NCBI GenBank assembly: GCA_929200535.1
Contig: CAKMZV010000006.1
Location: forward strand, 3,194 to 67,193
DNA length: 64,000 bases
Direction: 5' to 3'
Source of the DNA: an uncultured Gammaproteobacteria bacterium
GTDB taxonomy: Bacteria > Pseudomonadota > Gammaproteobacteria > CAKMZV01
The notes under the pieces are model-generated. The model was not told the origin of the DNA. It saw nothing but the letters and a program-made list of their open reading frames with translations, and did not search any database. The translations under genes and the position numbers were made by a program. Each line of letters opens with the position of its first letter. Positions within the stretch are counted from its first letter, which is position 1. Of this stretch, positions 8,161 through 20,804 are shown piece by piece.

Positions 8161-9690
8161 ATGAAACCGATAGTAGCAAACAATAAACCTATTAAAGCAA
8201 CACTCGCCAAGAATGAAGAATATTATTTTTGTACTTGTGGACGTTCTAATAATCAACCTTTTTGTGATGGTTCACATTTTGGAACAGATTTCAGACCTCA
8301 ATCATTTATTGCCGAAGAAAATGGGGATAGTTATCTATGTCAGTGTAAACATTCTATGAATTTACCTTTTTGCGATGGTAGTCACAAGCAATTTGACGAT
8401 AATGCTATCGGGAAGGAGGGACCAGGAATTCAAGCTAAAGCAAATAGCTCACCAGTTGTTGGTGCGACAAAAGAGGAGCCTACAGTCGAATTTATTCATC
8501 AGTTGGCGAGAGAGGGATTATCCAAAATGGGGCATCATGGTCTGATGAGTTCTATGGGGGTGCCACGTCATACATTACCTCATTGGGATGACATTCAAAT
8601 TATGACAGCACAGTTGGCAACTAAGCCAAAATTTGAAAACACCTCTGTAAACACTGAATTAATTATTGGTCCAAAAGCGAAAAAACCCTTAAAACTTAAT
8701 ATCCCGTTATTTGTTTCTGATATGAGTTTTGGAGCCTTGTCAGAGGAGGCTAAACTTGCTTTGTCAAAAGGGGCAGAACTGGCAGGTACTGGGATTTGTT
8801 CAGGTGAGGGTGGTATGTTACCTGAAGAGCAACAAGCAAATTCTCGCTATTTTTATGAGCTCGCAAGTGCTCAATTTGGATATGATGAATCTAAATTAAA
8901 CAATGTGCAAGCATTTCACTTTAAGGGTGGTCAAGGGGCAAAAACTGGAACTGGTGGACATCTTCCTGGCACTAAAAATATTGGGAAAATTGCTGAAGTT
9001 CGTGGAATAGTTGCAGGTGAGCCAGCCATTTCACCACCAACATTCCAAGATTTAACAACGGCGAATGATTTTAAGAAATTTGCTGATCGGGTACGTGAAG
9101 TAACAGGCGGTATTCCAATTGGTTTTAAACTGAGTGCTAATCATATTGAAAAAGATATTCAATTTGCTTTAGATGCAAGTGCCGATTATATCATTTTAGA
9201 TGGTCGTGGAGGTGGAACAGGGGCGGCTCCTGAAATGTTTCGTGATCATATTAGTGTACCGACCATTCCGGCATTGGCAAGAGCCAGAAAGTATCTTGAT
9301 GAAAAAGGCGTTAGTGGGGATGTTACTCTTATTATTACTGGTGGCTTGCGAGTGCCTATGGATTTTGTAAAAGCAATGGCGTTAGGGGCAGATGGTATTG
9401 CGTTGTCTAATAGTGCAATGCAGTCTATTGGTTGTGTTGCTGCACGAATATGTAATACAAATAATTGCCCTGCTGGTATTGCCACCCAAAAAGCTGATTT
9501 ACGTCAACGACTTAATATTGATAAATCAGCTTTCCAATTAAAAAACTTTTTTGAAGCTTCAGTTGAGCTTATGAAAGTAATGGCGAGGGCTTGTGGGCAT
9601 GGTTCTTTAAATGATTTTAACAAAGAAGACATTGCTACTTGGAAACGAGAGATGGCACTTCTGTCAGGGGTCAAATATTCTGGATTATAG
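8161..9690 (+). CDS. glutamate-synthase-domain-2-like FMN oxidoreductase with two N-terminal CDGSH iron-sulfur domains
   Basis: Two CDGSH motifs (CTCGRSNNQPFCDGSH, CQCKHSMNLPFCDGSH). These are followed by a GltB FMN-binding-domain pattern (GEGGMLPEE, KGGQGAKTGTGGHLPG, DGRGGGTGAAP, C-terminal Cys cluster). Confidence 0.8.
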   Translation: MKPIVANNKPIKATLAKNEEYYFCTCGRSNNQPFCDGSHFGTDFRPQSFIAEENGDSYLCQCKHSMNLPFCDGSHKQFDDNAIGKEGPGIQAKANSSPVVGATKEEPTVEFIHQLAREGLSKMGHHGLMSSMGVPRHTLPHWDDIQIMTAQLATKPKFENTSVNTELIIGPKAKKPLKLNIPLFVSDMSFGALSEEAKLALSKGAELAGTGICSGEGGMLPEEQQANSRYFYELASAQFGYDESKLNNVQAFHFKGGQGAKTGTGGHLPGTKNIGKIAEVRGIVAGEPAISPPTFQDLTTANDFKKFADRVREVTGGIPIGFKLSANHIEKDIQFALDASADYIILDGRGGGTGAAPEMFRDHISVPTIPALARARKYLDEKGVSGDVTLIITGGLRVPMDFVKAMALGADGIALSNSAMQSIGCVAARICNTNNCPAGIATQKADLRQRLNIDKSAFQLKNFFEASVELMKVMARACGHGSLNDFNKEDIATWKREMALLSGVKYSGL

Positions 9691-9717
9691 AATCCAAGGT
9701 GCAATATAACGTATTAA

Positions 9718-9945
9718 GAGACTGTTGCAAAATAAAAAAAACGAGAAAAAAGTAAAAATTTTCCCTTGCCATCGTTGTCAAATTTGGCAATACAGTCAAG
9801 TATTACCTACATCTTAAGCATTTCGAGAAAAATTTTTTCTCTTTTTTCTTTTACCTGCAAGCAGTTCAAACACTGTTACTCTAAGGTTCGTAAACTCACC
9901 AAGAGTAAAAACGCTTTTTGTGCCATACTTTTATGCAAAGGTTTC
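9718..9945 (+). repeat. decayed long-variant copy of the MITE-like repeat (copy 2)
   Basis: The right two-thirds closely match copy 1 (ACCTGCAAGCAGTTCAAACACTGTTACT...GCCATACTTTTATGCAAAGGTTTC). The left terminus is degenerate (GAGACTGTTGCAAAATAAAA...). Confidence 0.7.
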
Positions 9946-10173
9946 ATTTTTTGTTTTGTGGAAAGTTATCCTTGTATAATTAATCAAGGGAGTATTTGAA
10001 ATATAAGATGCGGTAAGTGAAAAAATGTCTGCTATTTGTTTTTTTGTTGTCAAGCAGTCCACAAACGTACTGTTCAGAGTGCTTTTTTAAGGAGATTTTG
10101 AAATTAACTTGTGAAAAGTGTTTTACTGTTTAGTATTTCAAATGTAACAAACGATTAAATTCTATTTAAATTT

Positions 10174-11139
10174 ATGAATCTTGATTATTTAGACTTTGAG
10201 CAGTCTATTGCTGAGCTTGAAGAAAAAATTTCTGAGTTTCGTCGTATGGGCGATAGTTCTTCAATTGATATTCATGATGAGGTTCGTCGTTTAGAGAAGA
10301 AGAGTCAGGATTTAACAAAGTCGATTTTTTCCTCTCTTTCTGATTGGCAAATCGTTAGCTTGGCACGCCACCCTAAACGACCACAAACTTTAGATTATAT
10401 TGAAAATATATTTACTGATTTTGTTGAACTGCATGGGGATCGCCACTATGGTGATGATTGTTCTATCATCGCTGGTATGGCACGTTTGGATAATCATCCA
10501 GTCATTGTCATTGGTCATCAAAAGGGACGCTCTACAAAAAATAAAATTAAGCATAATTTTGGAATGCCGAGACCTGAGGGTTATCGCAAGGCATTACGAG
10601 TGATGCAAATGGGGGAGCGTTTTGGCTTGCCGATTTTAACATTTATTGATACTCCTGGTGCCTATCCTGGAGTTGATGCTGAAGAGCATAACCAAAGTGA
10701 GGCAATCGCTAAGAATTTATTAGAATGCTCAGCACTTAAAACGCCTATTATCTGTACAGTAATTGGAGAGGGAGGTTCCGGTGGTGCTCTGGCTATTGGC
10801 GTAGGAGATTCTATTTTTATGTTGGAGTATAGCGTCTATTCAGTGATTTCTCCTGAGGGGTGTGCGTCTATTCTTTGGAAGAGTGCAGATAAAGCGGCGG
10901 TTGCGGCTCAAGCTCTATCGCTCACGGCGAATAAATTGAAAAATCACAAAATTATTGATGACATTATAAAAGAGCCTCTTGGTGGTGCACACAGGGATGT
11001 TCAAGAGGTGGTTGCTAATGTTAAAAAACGTTTATCCCAAGAGTTGACGACTTTAAAGCAATATCATATTGATGATTTGCTGAAAAATAGACAGCAAAAA
11101 TTGATGGACTATGGAAAGTTTAACCATACTGAGAAGTGA
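10174..11139 (+). CDS. accA: acetyl-CoA carboxylase carboxyltransferase subunit alpha
   Basis: Full-length AccA pattern ([11 protein letters not shown]..., [32 protein letters not shown]). Confidence 0.95.
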   Translation: MNLDYLDFEQSIAELEEKISEFRRMGDSSSIDIHDEVRRLEKKSQDLTKSIFSSLSDWQIVSLARHPKRPQTLDYIENIFTDFVELHGDRHYGDDCSIIAGMARLDNHPVIVIGHQKGRSTKNKIKHNFGMPRPEGYRKALRVMQMGERFGLPILTFIDTPGAYPGVDAEEHNQSEAIAKNLLECSALKTPIICTVIGEGGSGGALAIGVGDSIFMLEYSVYSVISPEGCASILWKSADKAAVAAQALSLTANKLKNHKIIDDIIKEPLGGAHRDVQEVVANVKKRLSQELTTLKQYHIDDLLKNRQQKLMDYGKFNHTEK

Positions 11140-11144
11140 TAACT

Positions 11145-11232
11145 GGGGGAGTGGCAGAGTGGTCGAATGCGGCGGTCTTGAAAACCGTTGACTCGAAAGG
11201 GTCCGGGGGTTCGAATCCCTCCTCCCCCGCCA
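11145..11232 (+). tRNA. tRNA-Ser (anticodon UGA)
   Basis: Acceptor stem GGGGGAG/CTCCCCC plus discriminator G and CCA. Anticodon loop is CT-TGA-AA, with a long variable arm and a GTTCGAATC T-loop. It aligns closely to E. coli tRNA-Ser(UGA) as I recall it. Confidence 0.9.
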
Positions 11233-11290
11233 GTTTAGTTTTTAATTAATTATCAAACATTTAAATATCTTATTGAAGTATTAATTCTTT

Positions 11291-13414
11291 ATGAGTAACA
11301 AAAAACATAAAAAACAAAATTTATCTCCAAACCCACAAAAAAATAATTCTATAAATTCTGTGGGGATTGAAAGTAACAAGGATAACTCTTTTCGTTATCT
11401 AACTCAGCAACCTCCCGTTGGTAAGTGGTATATTTATGCGATTGGCTTTTTGCTTTTTTTGCCGGTAACTATTGCTCCTTTATGGACAAAATATGGCTAT
11501 TCTCCGGATTTGCATATGGCATGGATTATTCAATTTGGCACAACCTTGCTTATTACTTTATTTTGCTTTAAACACGTTCGAGTAAAGCATTTTGCATGGA
11601 CTCCCTCACCCTTAATGTACGCTGTTGTTGGCTTTTATTTGTGGGCATTGATATCAGTAATCTGGGCATATAATCGTTTTGAGAGCATGATTTCCCTGCT
11701 TGACTGGGGAGCCGGCACGCTAATGTTTTTGTTAGTGCTTAATGCTTTGAGGAAAGCTGAGCAAGTGCGTGTTTTGGTAATGGCGATCTTTTTTACTGGT
11801 ATATGTATGTCCGTGCTCGGTATGTTCCAATATCTTTTTGATGTTCAATGGGTACAACAACACGCCAAACCTTCCGCAACTTTTAATAATAAAAACATGG
11901 CAGCCCAATATACCCTGATGAGTATTGGTCTTGGGATGGGGCTTTTTTGGACGGCAAAAAATCGAATTGAGACTTGGTTATATGCAATAGGAACGGCTTT
12001 TGTTGTTTTATTTGTGCATTACACCATTACCCGTGGAGCCAATTTTGCGACACTTGGGATTTTCTTATTTATGGCAGTATTTATTCTTATAGATCGTTTG
12101 TTCAATAAGAAAAAAGGACCAATGGATAAAGAAAAATGGCAAGCCGCGGGCGTTGCTTTTATTATTTTTATTGTTTTGGGTATGTTTACTTCAGAGGGGT
12201 TTGTAGGAACAAAGGCATTTGAGGTACATTTTAATGAAGGTTCAAAGCTACTCACCAATGAGTTTAATCTTGATACCCGAGAACGTGGGACCCGTTTAGA
12301 TATGTGGGCAAATTCCACTGCGATGATTAAAGATAACCCCATCATCGGTGTTGGTATGGGGAATTGGATGGTTTATTATCCTTATTATCAAACAGCAGTG
12401 AGCATTGATCATGAGATGTCTGAGGCTATTCAACATATTAATGCCCATAACGATTATGTAGAGATTTTTTCCGATCTTGGAATAATTGGTTTTTTGTTAC
12501 TTCTTAGTATTTTTATTGTTGCCTCTTATCTTGCCCTTTCTAACTTTTATAAAAATCGAGATAATCCAAATCGTTATTTATTGCTCGGCGTTTTATTGGC
12601 GGCAACCGGTATTAGCATTAATGCCATTGGTAGCTTTCCATTTAAACAACCTGCCCCTATTTTAATGACTTGCGTTTATCTTGCTATTATTGCTAATGAA
12701 TATGCACGGTGGAAAAATTCTCGTCTGGTCAAAATTAATAGCAAGCCTTTTGCATTAGTTTTAGGCTTTATCTTTTTGTTTGTGACTACAGGAACTTTTG
12801 CCTTGCATTATCAATGGAATCAATCAGAGATTCATTTTCGTCTTGCGACCATTGCCTCCCATCAACAAAAATATTTCAATATGTTGCGAGAGGGCAAAAA
12901 ATCACACGAGGCACTCCCACTGCGTGATAGAATGCTTAATTTTGTGGGGATGGGTTATTTACGTACGGGTAATGTCTCTAAAGCTGCCGAGTATTTAGAG
13001 TTGGTGAAAAAAAGTTATCCGCATCGTAATAATACATTGCAAAATTTAGGTTATATTTACCTTCAGCTTGCCGAGCAAGCAAGAAAAACAAAAGATTATA
13101 CAACATACAAAGCAATGCTTGATAAGGCAGAAGAGAATTTTGCTCATTTTGTTAAAATACGCCCAGATAATCCACGAACCAGACGAAACTTAGGGATTAC
13201 ATTTTATCGACAATCGTTTGTCTTACAGGGAAAACAACAAGCTGACTCGTTATTGCAAGCGGCATATCAGTTAAAAAAAGCTATTGAGATTAATCCCAAA
13301 ATGAGTGATAGAGCTTCTCTGATAAACTTTGCCAATAATTTGGAAACAAGGGCGAGCGTAATTAACAAAGCATTAGCAGCACAAACCGAAGCAACACCTA
13401 GCACCAAACAATAA
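11291..13414 (+). CDS. O-antigen-ligase/polymerase-like (Wzy_C) polytopic membrane protein with C-terminal TPR repeats
   Basis: 707 aa with multiple TM helices and the Wzy_C signature region HINAHNDYVEIFSDLGIIGF. The C-terminal soluble region shows TPR-like periodicity. Confidence 0.65.
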   Translation: MSNKKHKKQNLSPNPQKNNSINSVGIESNKDNSFRYLTQQPPVGKWYIYAIGFLLFLPVTIAPLWTKYGYSPDLHMAWIIQFGTTLLITLFCFKHVRVKHFAWTPSPLMYAVVGFYLWALISVIWAYNRFESMISLLDWGAGTLMFLLVLNALRKAEQVRVLVMAIFFTGICMSVLGMFQYLFDVQWVQQHAKPSATFNNKNMAAQYTLMSIGLGMGLFWTAKNRIETWLYAIGTAFVVLFVHYTITRGANFATLGIFLFMAVFILIDRLFNKKKGPMDKEKWQAAGVAFIIFIVLGMFTSEGFVGTKAFEVHFNEGSKLLTNEFNLDTRERGTRLDMWANSTAMIKDNPIIGVGMGNWMVYYPYYQTAVSIDHEMSEAIQHINAHNDYVEIFSDLGIIGFLLLLSIFIVASYLALSNFYKNRDNPNRYLLLGVLLAATGISINAIGSFPFKQPAPILMTCVYLAIIANEYARWKNSRLVKINSKPFALVLGFIFLFVTTGTFALHYQWNQSEIHFRLATIASHQQKYFNMLREGKKSHEALPLRDRMLNFVGMGYLRTGNVSKAAEYLELVKKSYPHRNNTLQNLGYIYLQLAEQARKTKDYTTYKAMLDKAEENFAHFVKIRPDNPRTRRNLGITFYRQSFVLQGKQQADSLLQAAYQLKKAIEINPKMSDRASLINFANNLETRASVINKALAAQTEATPSTKQ

Positions 13415-13426
13415 AGGTGTGGGCTT

Positions 13427-13885
13427 TTGTTTCACATCGTCCTGCACAGTCCTGAGATTGCTTCCAATACCGGGGCTATCATTCGCCTCTGTGCCAATAC
13501 TGGATGCACCCTCCATTTAATTCAACCTATTAGTTTTGAGCTTGACGATAAGAAACTGCGGCGAGCAGGTCTGGATTATCATGAGTATGCTGAATTAAAA
13601 ACTTGGGAAAACATAGAAAAATGTTTTTCAACCATTCAACCAAGTGGCTATAGCTTTTTTTCGACCAAAGCAACAAACCTCTATACTGAGGCTCCATATA
13701 CTAGGAATCATTGTTTAGTTTTTGGATCAGAGACTCAAGGATTGCCGATGGATTTTATGTCTTTTTATGGCGAAAAAAACTACTATAAACTTCCGATGCA
13801 ACCCCACAGCCGAAGTCTTAATTTAGCTAATACTGTTAGTGTAGTGGCTTATGAAGGATGGAGGCAATTAGCATTTCAGACGTAG
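13427..13885 (+). CDS. trmL: tRNA (cytidine/uridine-2'-O)-methyltransferase TrmL (SpoU family)
   Basis: HIVLHSPEIASNTGAIIRLCANTGCTLHLI...DDKKLRRAGLDYHE and C-terminal SLNLANTVSVVAYE match YibK/TrmL. The start codon is TTG. Confidence 0.8.
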   Translation: MFHIVLHSPEIASNTGAIIRLCANTGCTLHLIQPISFELDDKKLRRAGLDYHEYAELKTWENIEKCFSTIQPSGYSFFSTKATNLYTEAPYTRNHCLVFGSETQGLPMDFMSFYGEKNYYKLPMQPHSRSLNLANTVSVVAYEGWRQLAFQT

Positions 13886-13888
13886 GTC

Positions 13889-13909
13889 TTGCCCCTGCGA
13901 GGGGGGCAA
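13889..13909. terminator. GC-rich hairpin between convergent genes (possible bidirectional terminator)
   Basis: TTGCCCC-N7-GGGGCAA. There is no clear T-run on either strand. Confidence 0.3.
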
Positions 13910-13954
13910 ATACAATACAATTTGCGAAAATCTGTGAAATCTGCGGATTAAATT

Positions 13955-14941
13955 TTAGAAAAAAGCTCTAAAAAGTCCACTTTCCACTCTTTCAGCTGGT
14001 TCTACCAGTCGCCATTCTCCAGCCCAGTATTCAGCGATAAGATAAGTGAAAAAATAAGTTTGTTTAAAACCCATTCTCAAATTACTGAAGTGGATTTGTT
14101 GCTCGCCATCATTATTCACTTGTTTTAGCTGGTAGAAGCCATCACTAAATTCTTCTAATACCTCAAAGCTCCAAGAATCTTTAACAAGGGATAAAAGATG
14201 GGTATTTCTTGATCGTTTGGTAAATTTGATATTGTTGTGTTTAGAAAATTTTGATTGCTTGAAATTCCAAACAGAATAGGTGCCCTCGTACCAATTTTTT
14301 TGCCCTATTGCGACGATACGCCACCAAACGACATTAAAAGGCGTTGGGGAGACAAGTATTTTGTGGGTGTTAATCCCTTGAGCCTTTAGGGCTATTTTTG
14401 TTTTATCAAGCACATAATTTTGTGTTTGCCAAGCGACAATGGCATAGCTACTTGATAGCACAAGGGCGATGATTGCCAAGTTTCTTTTGTTTGGTTTGAA
14501 TAGCCCGATAACAAAGGCAAGCAGTAAGGGCGCGGTAAAGAAGGGATCAACAATAAATAGGTTGCCAAGGGAGTAGGGGTGTGAATCAAAAGGGATGAGG
14601 AGACGTGTGCCGTATGCGGTAAACCAATCGACAACAGAGTGTGTCCAAAACCCGAGTAGGACAATAAAAAACCATCGCCAATAGTGTTTGAGTTGGCGGT
14701 GAATACTGGCGATTAATAAGGCAATAACAGGTGCTATCAGGGCTTGCCAAAATATTGAGTGCGTATGACCACGATGCAAGATGAGCTCTTCAATTTCATT
14801 AAGCACCGGGGATAAAACAACATCAAGGTCAGGTAAGGTGCCGACAATTGCCCCCCAAATAATGGCTTTACGTCCTAAGACTTTTCCACCAATGGCATGC
14901 CCGATTGTGCTGCCAAAAACAAGCTGGGTAACTGAATCCAT
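13955..14941 (-). CDS. membrane-bound metal-dependent hydrolase, YbcI/YdjM (DUF457) family
   Basis: The N-terminus MDSVTQLVFGSTIGHAIGG...GTLPDLDV...HRGHTHS is typical of DUF457 proteins. Confidence 0.65.
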   Translation of the reverse strand: MDSVTQLVFGSTIGHAIGGKVLGRKAIIWGAIVGTLPDLDVVLSPVLNEIEELILHRGHTHSIFWQALIAPVIALLIASIHRQLKHYWRWFFIVLLGFWTHSVVDWFTAYGTRLLIPFDSHPYSLGNLFIVDPFFTAPLLLAFVIGLFKPNKRNLAIIALVLSSSYAIVAWQTQNYVLDKTKIALKAQGINTHKILVSPTPFNVVWWRIVAIGQKNWYEGTYSVWNFKQSKFSKHNNIKFTKRSRNTHLLSLVKDSWSFEVLEEFSDGFYQLKQVNNDGEQQIHFSNLRMGFKQTYFFTYLIAEYWAGEWRLVEPAERVESGLFRAFF

Positions 14942-14947
14942 AGAAAA

Positions 14948-15613
14948 TTATTTTTCTCCGTATTGTTGGAGGTGTTTTTCAATGGCTTGAATATCTTGCA
15001 TACGATTATGTTGGTGCAAAAATTCAATAACATCATAAATCGAGATAATACTGAATACGGGAATGTCGTATTTTTCTTTGATTAGGGTTTTGGCACTTTT
15101 GCCATCATTGACTACTTCACAGCGATCTAATAGCGTGATAACTCCGCAAACTTCAGCTTGTGTGCCGAAGGAGTGGATAAGCTCAATGCTTTCGTTAATG
15201 GCAGTGCCGGCGGTGAGGACATCATCTACAATAAGAATTTTTCCTGTGAGTGGTGCCCCAACAATAACACCGCCCTCACCATAGTCTTTAACGACTTTAC
15301 GGTTAAAAGACCAAGGTTTATTTAAGTCATAATGCTCAGCGAGTGCAACGGCAGTAGCACTAACCAGCGGAATCCCCTTGTAGGCAGGACCAAATAAGCC
15401 ATCGAAGGAAATCTTTTTCTGCATTATAGTATGTGTTAAAAAGGTGCCAATTTTTTGCAATGAGGCTCCATTATTAAAAACTCCAGCTTGGAAAAAATAA
15501 GGGCTTTTACGTTTGGATTTTAGGGTGAATTCCCCAAAGAGTAAAGCACCAGAGTATAATAACGCCTCTTCATTTATGGCAAGTTTAAGAAATTCTTGCT
15601 GGTAATTTTTCAT
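14948..15613 (-). CDS. pyrE: orotate phosphoribosyltransferase
   Basis: PRPP-binding motif ILIVDDVLTAGTA plus FGPAYKGIPL. I place the start at the internal Met (MKNYQQEF...), because the longer ORF overlaps yaaA. Confidence 0.9.
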   Translation of the reverse strand: MKNYQQEFLKLAINEEALLYSGALLFGEFTLKSKRKSPYFFQAGVFNNGASLQKIGTFLTHTIMQKKISFDGLFGPAYKGIPLVSATAVALAEHYDLNKPWSFNRKVVKDYGEGGVIVGAPLTGKILIVDDVLTAGTAINESIELIHSFGTQAEVCGVITLLDRCEVVNDGKSAKTLIKEKYDIPVFSIISIYDVIEFLHQHNRMQDIQAIEKHLQQYGEK

Positions 15614-15620
15614 ATTTTTT

Positions 15621-16403
15621 TTAGGATTGAGCAGTCCGTTGAAAAAGGAGTTGGATTTCATTGCCTTTGTGAGAGATTTGCTCGATAAATCGATAGCCTG
15701 CGATAGAGAAGTTTTGCAATTGGTTTGGCTCAGTGAGTTGATTTTTAATAATGTAGGCTGCCATCATACCACGGGCTTTTTTGGCATAAAAGCTGATGAT
15801 TTTATAAACACCATTTTTTTCATCTTTAAAGACAGGCGTAATAATTTGCGCATCAAGTTCCGATAGTTTAATTGCTTTTGAATATTCTTGCGAGGCAAGG
15901 TTAATGATGGTGCGGTTTTTGTGATTTTTTAATTCATCACTGAATGCGTTAGTTAGTTTAGTCTGCCAAAAATCATATAAATTTTCACCACGTGAATTAA
16001 CCAGTTGTGTCCCCATTTCTAAGCGATAGGGGTTGATAGCATCTAAGGGTTTGAGTACTCCATATAGACCTGATAAGATGCGCAAATGAGATTGGGCAAA
16101 TTCTACTTGTGATTGATTGAATTGGTGTGCTTCAAGGCCTTGATAAACATCGCCTTTAAAACAATACATAGCAGGGCGTGTATTGTCTTCAATATCCGGA
16201 TTCCAAGTTTGATAGCGTTGGTGATTTAGCTGAGAGAGCTTTTCACTGAGGCTCATTAAGGAGCCAATTTCAGAAATAGATTTTTTTTTAAGAATAGATA
16301 TGAGATTTTGACTATCGATAAGATAGTCTGGAGAGGTGCCCCTATAAGGGGCAACACTCTCCATATCTAATGTTTTAGCTGGTGAAAGTATTGATAGCAT
16401 CAA
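15621..16403 (-). CDS. yaaA: peroxide stress protein YaaA (DUF328)
   Basis: The N-terminus LSILSPAKTLD and length (260 aa) are typical of YaaA. Confidence 0.8.
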   Translation of the reverse strand: MMLSILSPAKTLDMESVAPYRGTSPDYLIDSQNLISILKKKSISEIGSLMSLSEKLSQLNHQRYQTWNPDIEDNTRPAMYCFKGDVYQGLEAHQFNQSQVEFAQSHLRILSGLYGVLKPLDAINPYRLEMGTQLVNSRGENLYDFWQTKLTNAFSDELKNHKNRTIINLASQEYSKAIKLSELDAQIITPVFKDEKNGVYKIISFYAKKARGMMAAYIIKNQLTEPNQLQNFSIAGYRFIEQISHKGNEIQLLFQRTAQS

Positions 16404-16453
16404 TTACGCATCAGTCAGCTAAGGTTTTTTATATAACTTTTTTTATGAAAAAT

Positions 16454-16657
16454 TTAAATAGGAGTAACGTTGTTAGCACATGGGCCTTTTTCACCTTCTC
16501 CTAATTCGTATTCAACTTGTTGTCCATCTTTAAGGGACGCATATCCATCAACTTTAATTTCTGAATGATGAACAAATAAGTCTTTATTACCTTCTTCAGG
16601 AATAATAAATCCAAATCCTTTGCTTGCGTTGAACCACTTTACTGTACCTTTTGCCAT
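16454..16657 (-). CDS. cold-shock protein, CspA family
   Basis: [18 protein letters not shown]...DLFVHHSEI carries the RNP1/RNP2 motifs. The start is set at the internal Met of the longer ORF. Confidence 0.9.
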   Translation of the reverse strand: MAKGTVKWFNASKGFGFIIPEEGNKDLFVHHSEIKVDGYASLKDGQQVEYELGEGEKGPCANNVTPI

Positions 16658-16839
16658 ATTATAAAACTTCCTTTTTGTTAAGGATTTAAAAAAAAGCCTC
16701 AATAGCAAAATTGAGACTACGATTAGTGGATTATAACTAATTATTTTGAAAAAATAAAGAAATATGGTGAAATTAAGGGTTTTTTTATTATTTTCGGCGT
16801 GTTTGTTTCATTTATGTGGCAATTAAGTAAATTCTTATG

Positions 16840-17139
16840 TTAGTGTGATGAGGGAGTTTTTTTGGGGTTCTTTTTTGGTTCATTAGACTCATTATGCATA
16901 GAGGAAGGTTTGGGTACAGGATCATACCCTTCACCGCCATTTGGGCGACACCGAAGTATCCTTTTAATGCTTAATAAGCTACCTTTTATAAGACCATAGG
17001 TTTGTATGCACTCTATAGTATATTCGGAGCAAGAAGGAGAAAAACGGCAACGAGGACCTAATATTGGGCTAATTAAATATCGATAAGTATGTATAGGGAA
17101 TAGAAAAATGTGATACACTATCTTTTTAACTTTGTACAT
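16840..17139 (-). CDS. yidD: membrane protein insertion efficiency factor YidD, with a basic C-terminal tail
   Basis: [31 protein letters not shown]...[17 protein letters not shown] is the YidD signature. The start is uncertain (17139 or 17181). Confidence 0.8.
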   Translation of the reverse strand: MYKVKKIVYHIFLFPIHTYRYLISPILGPRCRFSPSCSEYTIECIQTYGLIKGSLLSIKRILRCRPNGGEGYDPVPKPSSMHNESNEPKKNPKKTPSSH

Positions 17140-17155
17140 TCGTAACAATTTTGTA

Positions 17156-17350
17156 ATGAAAATTTTTAAAAAATACCCCAATAGACGATTATATGATATG
17201 CAGCAAGATTGTTATGTGAATAACCCGTGGATTAAGCAATGGAATGATTTGTTTAGTAGTAAGCCCAATTCATCTGTCTGGACACGGCAAGATGCTACGT
17301 CAAATTACAGCACAGAGGCTGGAGAAGCTTCTGGGACATCCAAAACATAG
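17156..17350 (+). pseudogene. short ORF retaining only a PhaR-like N-terminal motif ([10 protein letters not shown]); possible gene remnant
   Basis: [21 protein letters not shown] matches the start of PHA-synthesis repressor PhaR. The remaining ~45 aa do not match, and the ORF is about one third of PhaR length. Confidence 0.3.
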
Positions 17351-17359
17351 ATTTTACCT

Positions 17360-18229
17360 GTGAAAACTTACTTAAAGGGAGTACTAATTACCTTATTGGG
17401 GGTAATGATTCTCACCCCAGATAGCTTATTAATTCGTTTGATTGATTCAGAAAGTGCCAGTGTTAATTTTTGGCGTGGCGTGTTTGTTACGATTTCGGTT
17501 TTGAGTTATCTCGTAGTGATTGAGAAGGTGAGACTATGGCACCAGTTGAAAATATTTAATCGCTATGATTATCTGGGTGTGTTATTTTTTGCTATGGGTT
17601 CGCTCACGTTTGTTTATGCAATCAATAATAATAATGTTGCCATCACCTTGGTGCTCTTGAGTACGGCGTCTTTTTTTGCCGCTATTTTTTCATATTTTTT
17701 TCTTCGTGAGCCTGTTAGCTTTAGTATGCTGATTGGTATTATCTATTGTTTTATTGGTATTTTTGTAATGGTTTCTGACTCGGTATTTGCTTCCGAGTCA
17801 ACCTCTTCTTTTTCTTGGTTAGCGTTTTTTAGTGCTCTTCTTTGTGCTCTTTCTTTTGCTGCTAATCTTTCATTATCACGTAGTGGCAAGCAAACTCATA
17901 CGATACTTTCGTTCGGCTTATCTGGGATTCCGATAGCTTTTATAAGTGTTCTTTTTGCAACTGATATTTGGCTTCGTCCGGAGGTTTGGCTCTGGATGGC
18001 GATTGATGGGTTGCTCGTTATACCGATGAGTTTTATGCTAATGCTCATTGGAGCACGTTATATTCCTGCCCCGTATTCGACAATGATGATTCAATTAGAG
18101 ACTTTCTTAGGACCACTGTGGGTATGGTTGGTGCTTGAGGAATATCCAGGTATCTCAACCTTTATTGGTGGTTCAATTATTATCACAACACTTATTGTTG
18201 TGAATCTTATCAAGTTAAAATCTCAGTAA
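17360..18229 (+). CDS. EamA/DMT-family transporter
   Basis: 289 aa, about 10 TM helices in two EamA-like halves, GTG start. Confidence 0.7.
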   Translation: MKTYLKGVLITLLGVMILTPDSLLIRLIDSESASVNFWRGVFVTISVLSYLVVIEKVRLWHQLKIFNRYDYLGVLFFAMGSLTFVYAINNNNVAITLVLLSTASFFAAIFSYFFLREPVSFSMLIGIIYCFIGIFVMVSDSVFASESTSSFSWLAFFSALLCALSFAANLSLSRSGKQTHTILSFGLSGIPIAFISVLFATDIWLRPEVWLWMAIDGLLVIPMSFMLMLIGARYIPAPYSTMMIQLETFLGPLWVWLVLEEYPGISTFIGGSIIITTLIVVNLIKLKSQ

Positions 18230-18313
18230 AAAACAACTCTATTTAGGCGTTTTTTTGGCTTTTAAAACAACCCTCTAAGGCACCCCCTTAGAAATACGTT
18301 TTTTCCTGAAAAA

Positions 18314-18322
18314 TGGTATAAT
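18314..18322 (+). promoter_or_regulatory. candidate extended -10 promoter element (TGgTATAAT) upstream of gyrB
   Basis: Exact TGnTATAAT about 77 bp upstream of the gyrB ATG. No good -35 element. Confidence 0.35.
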
Positions 18323-18389
18323 TTTAATAGAATGTTCTATTTTTCTATTTTGTTTCCAATAAATACAATTGCCATAGGCTGGTAAATAA

Positions 18390-20795
<2,406 letters not shown>

Positions 20796-20804
20796 TTTTA
20801 GAAA

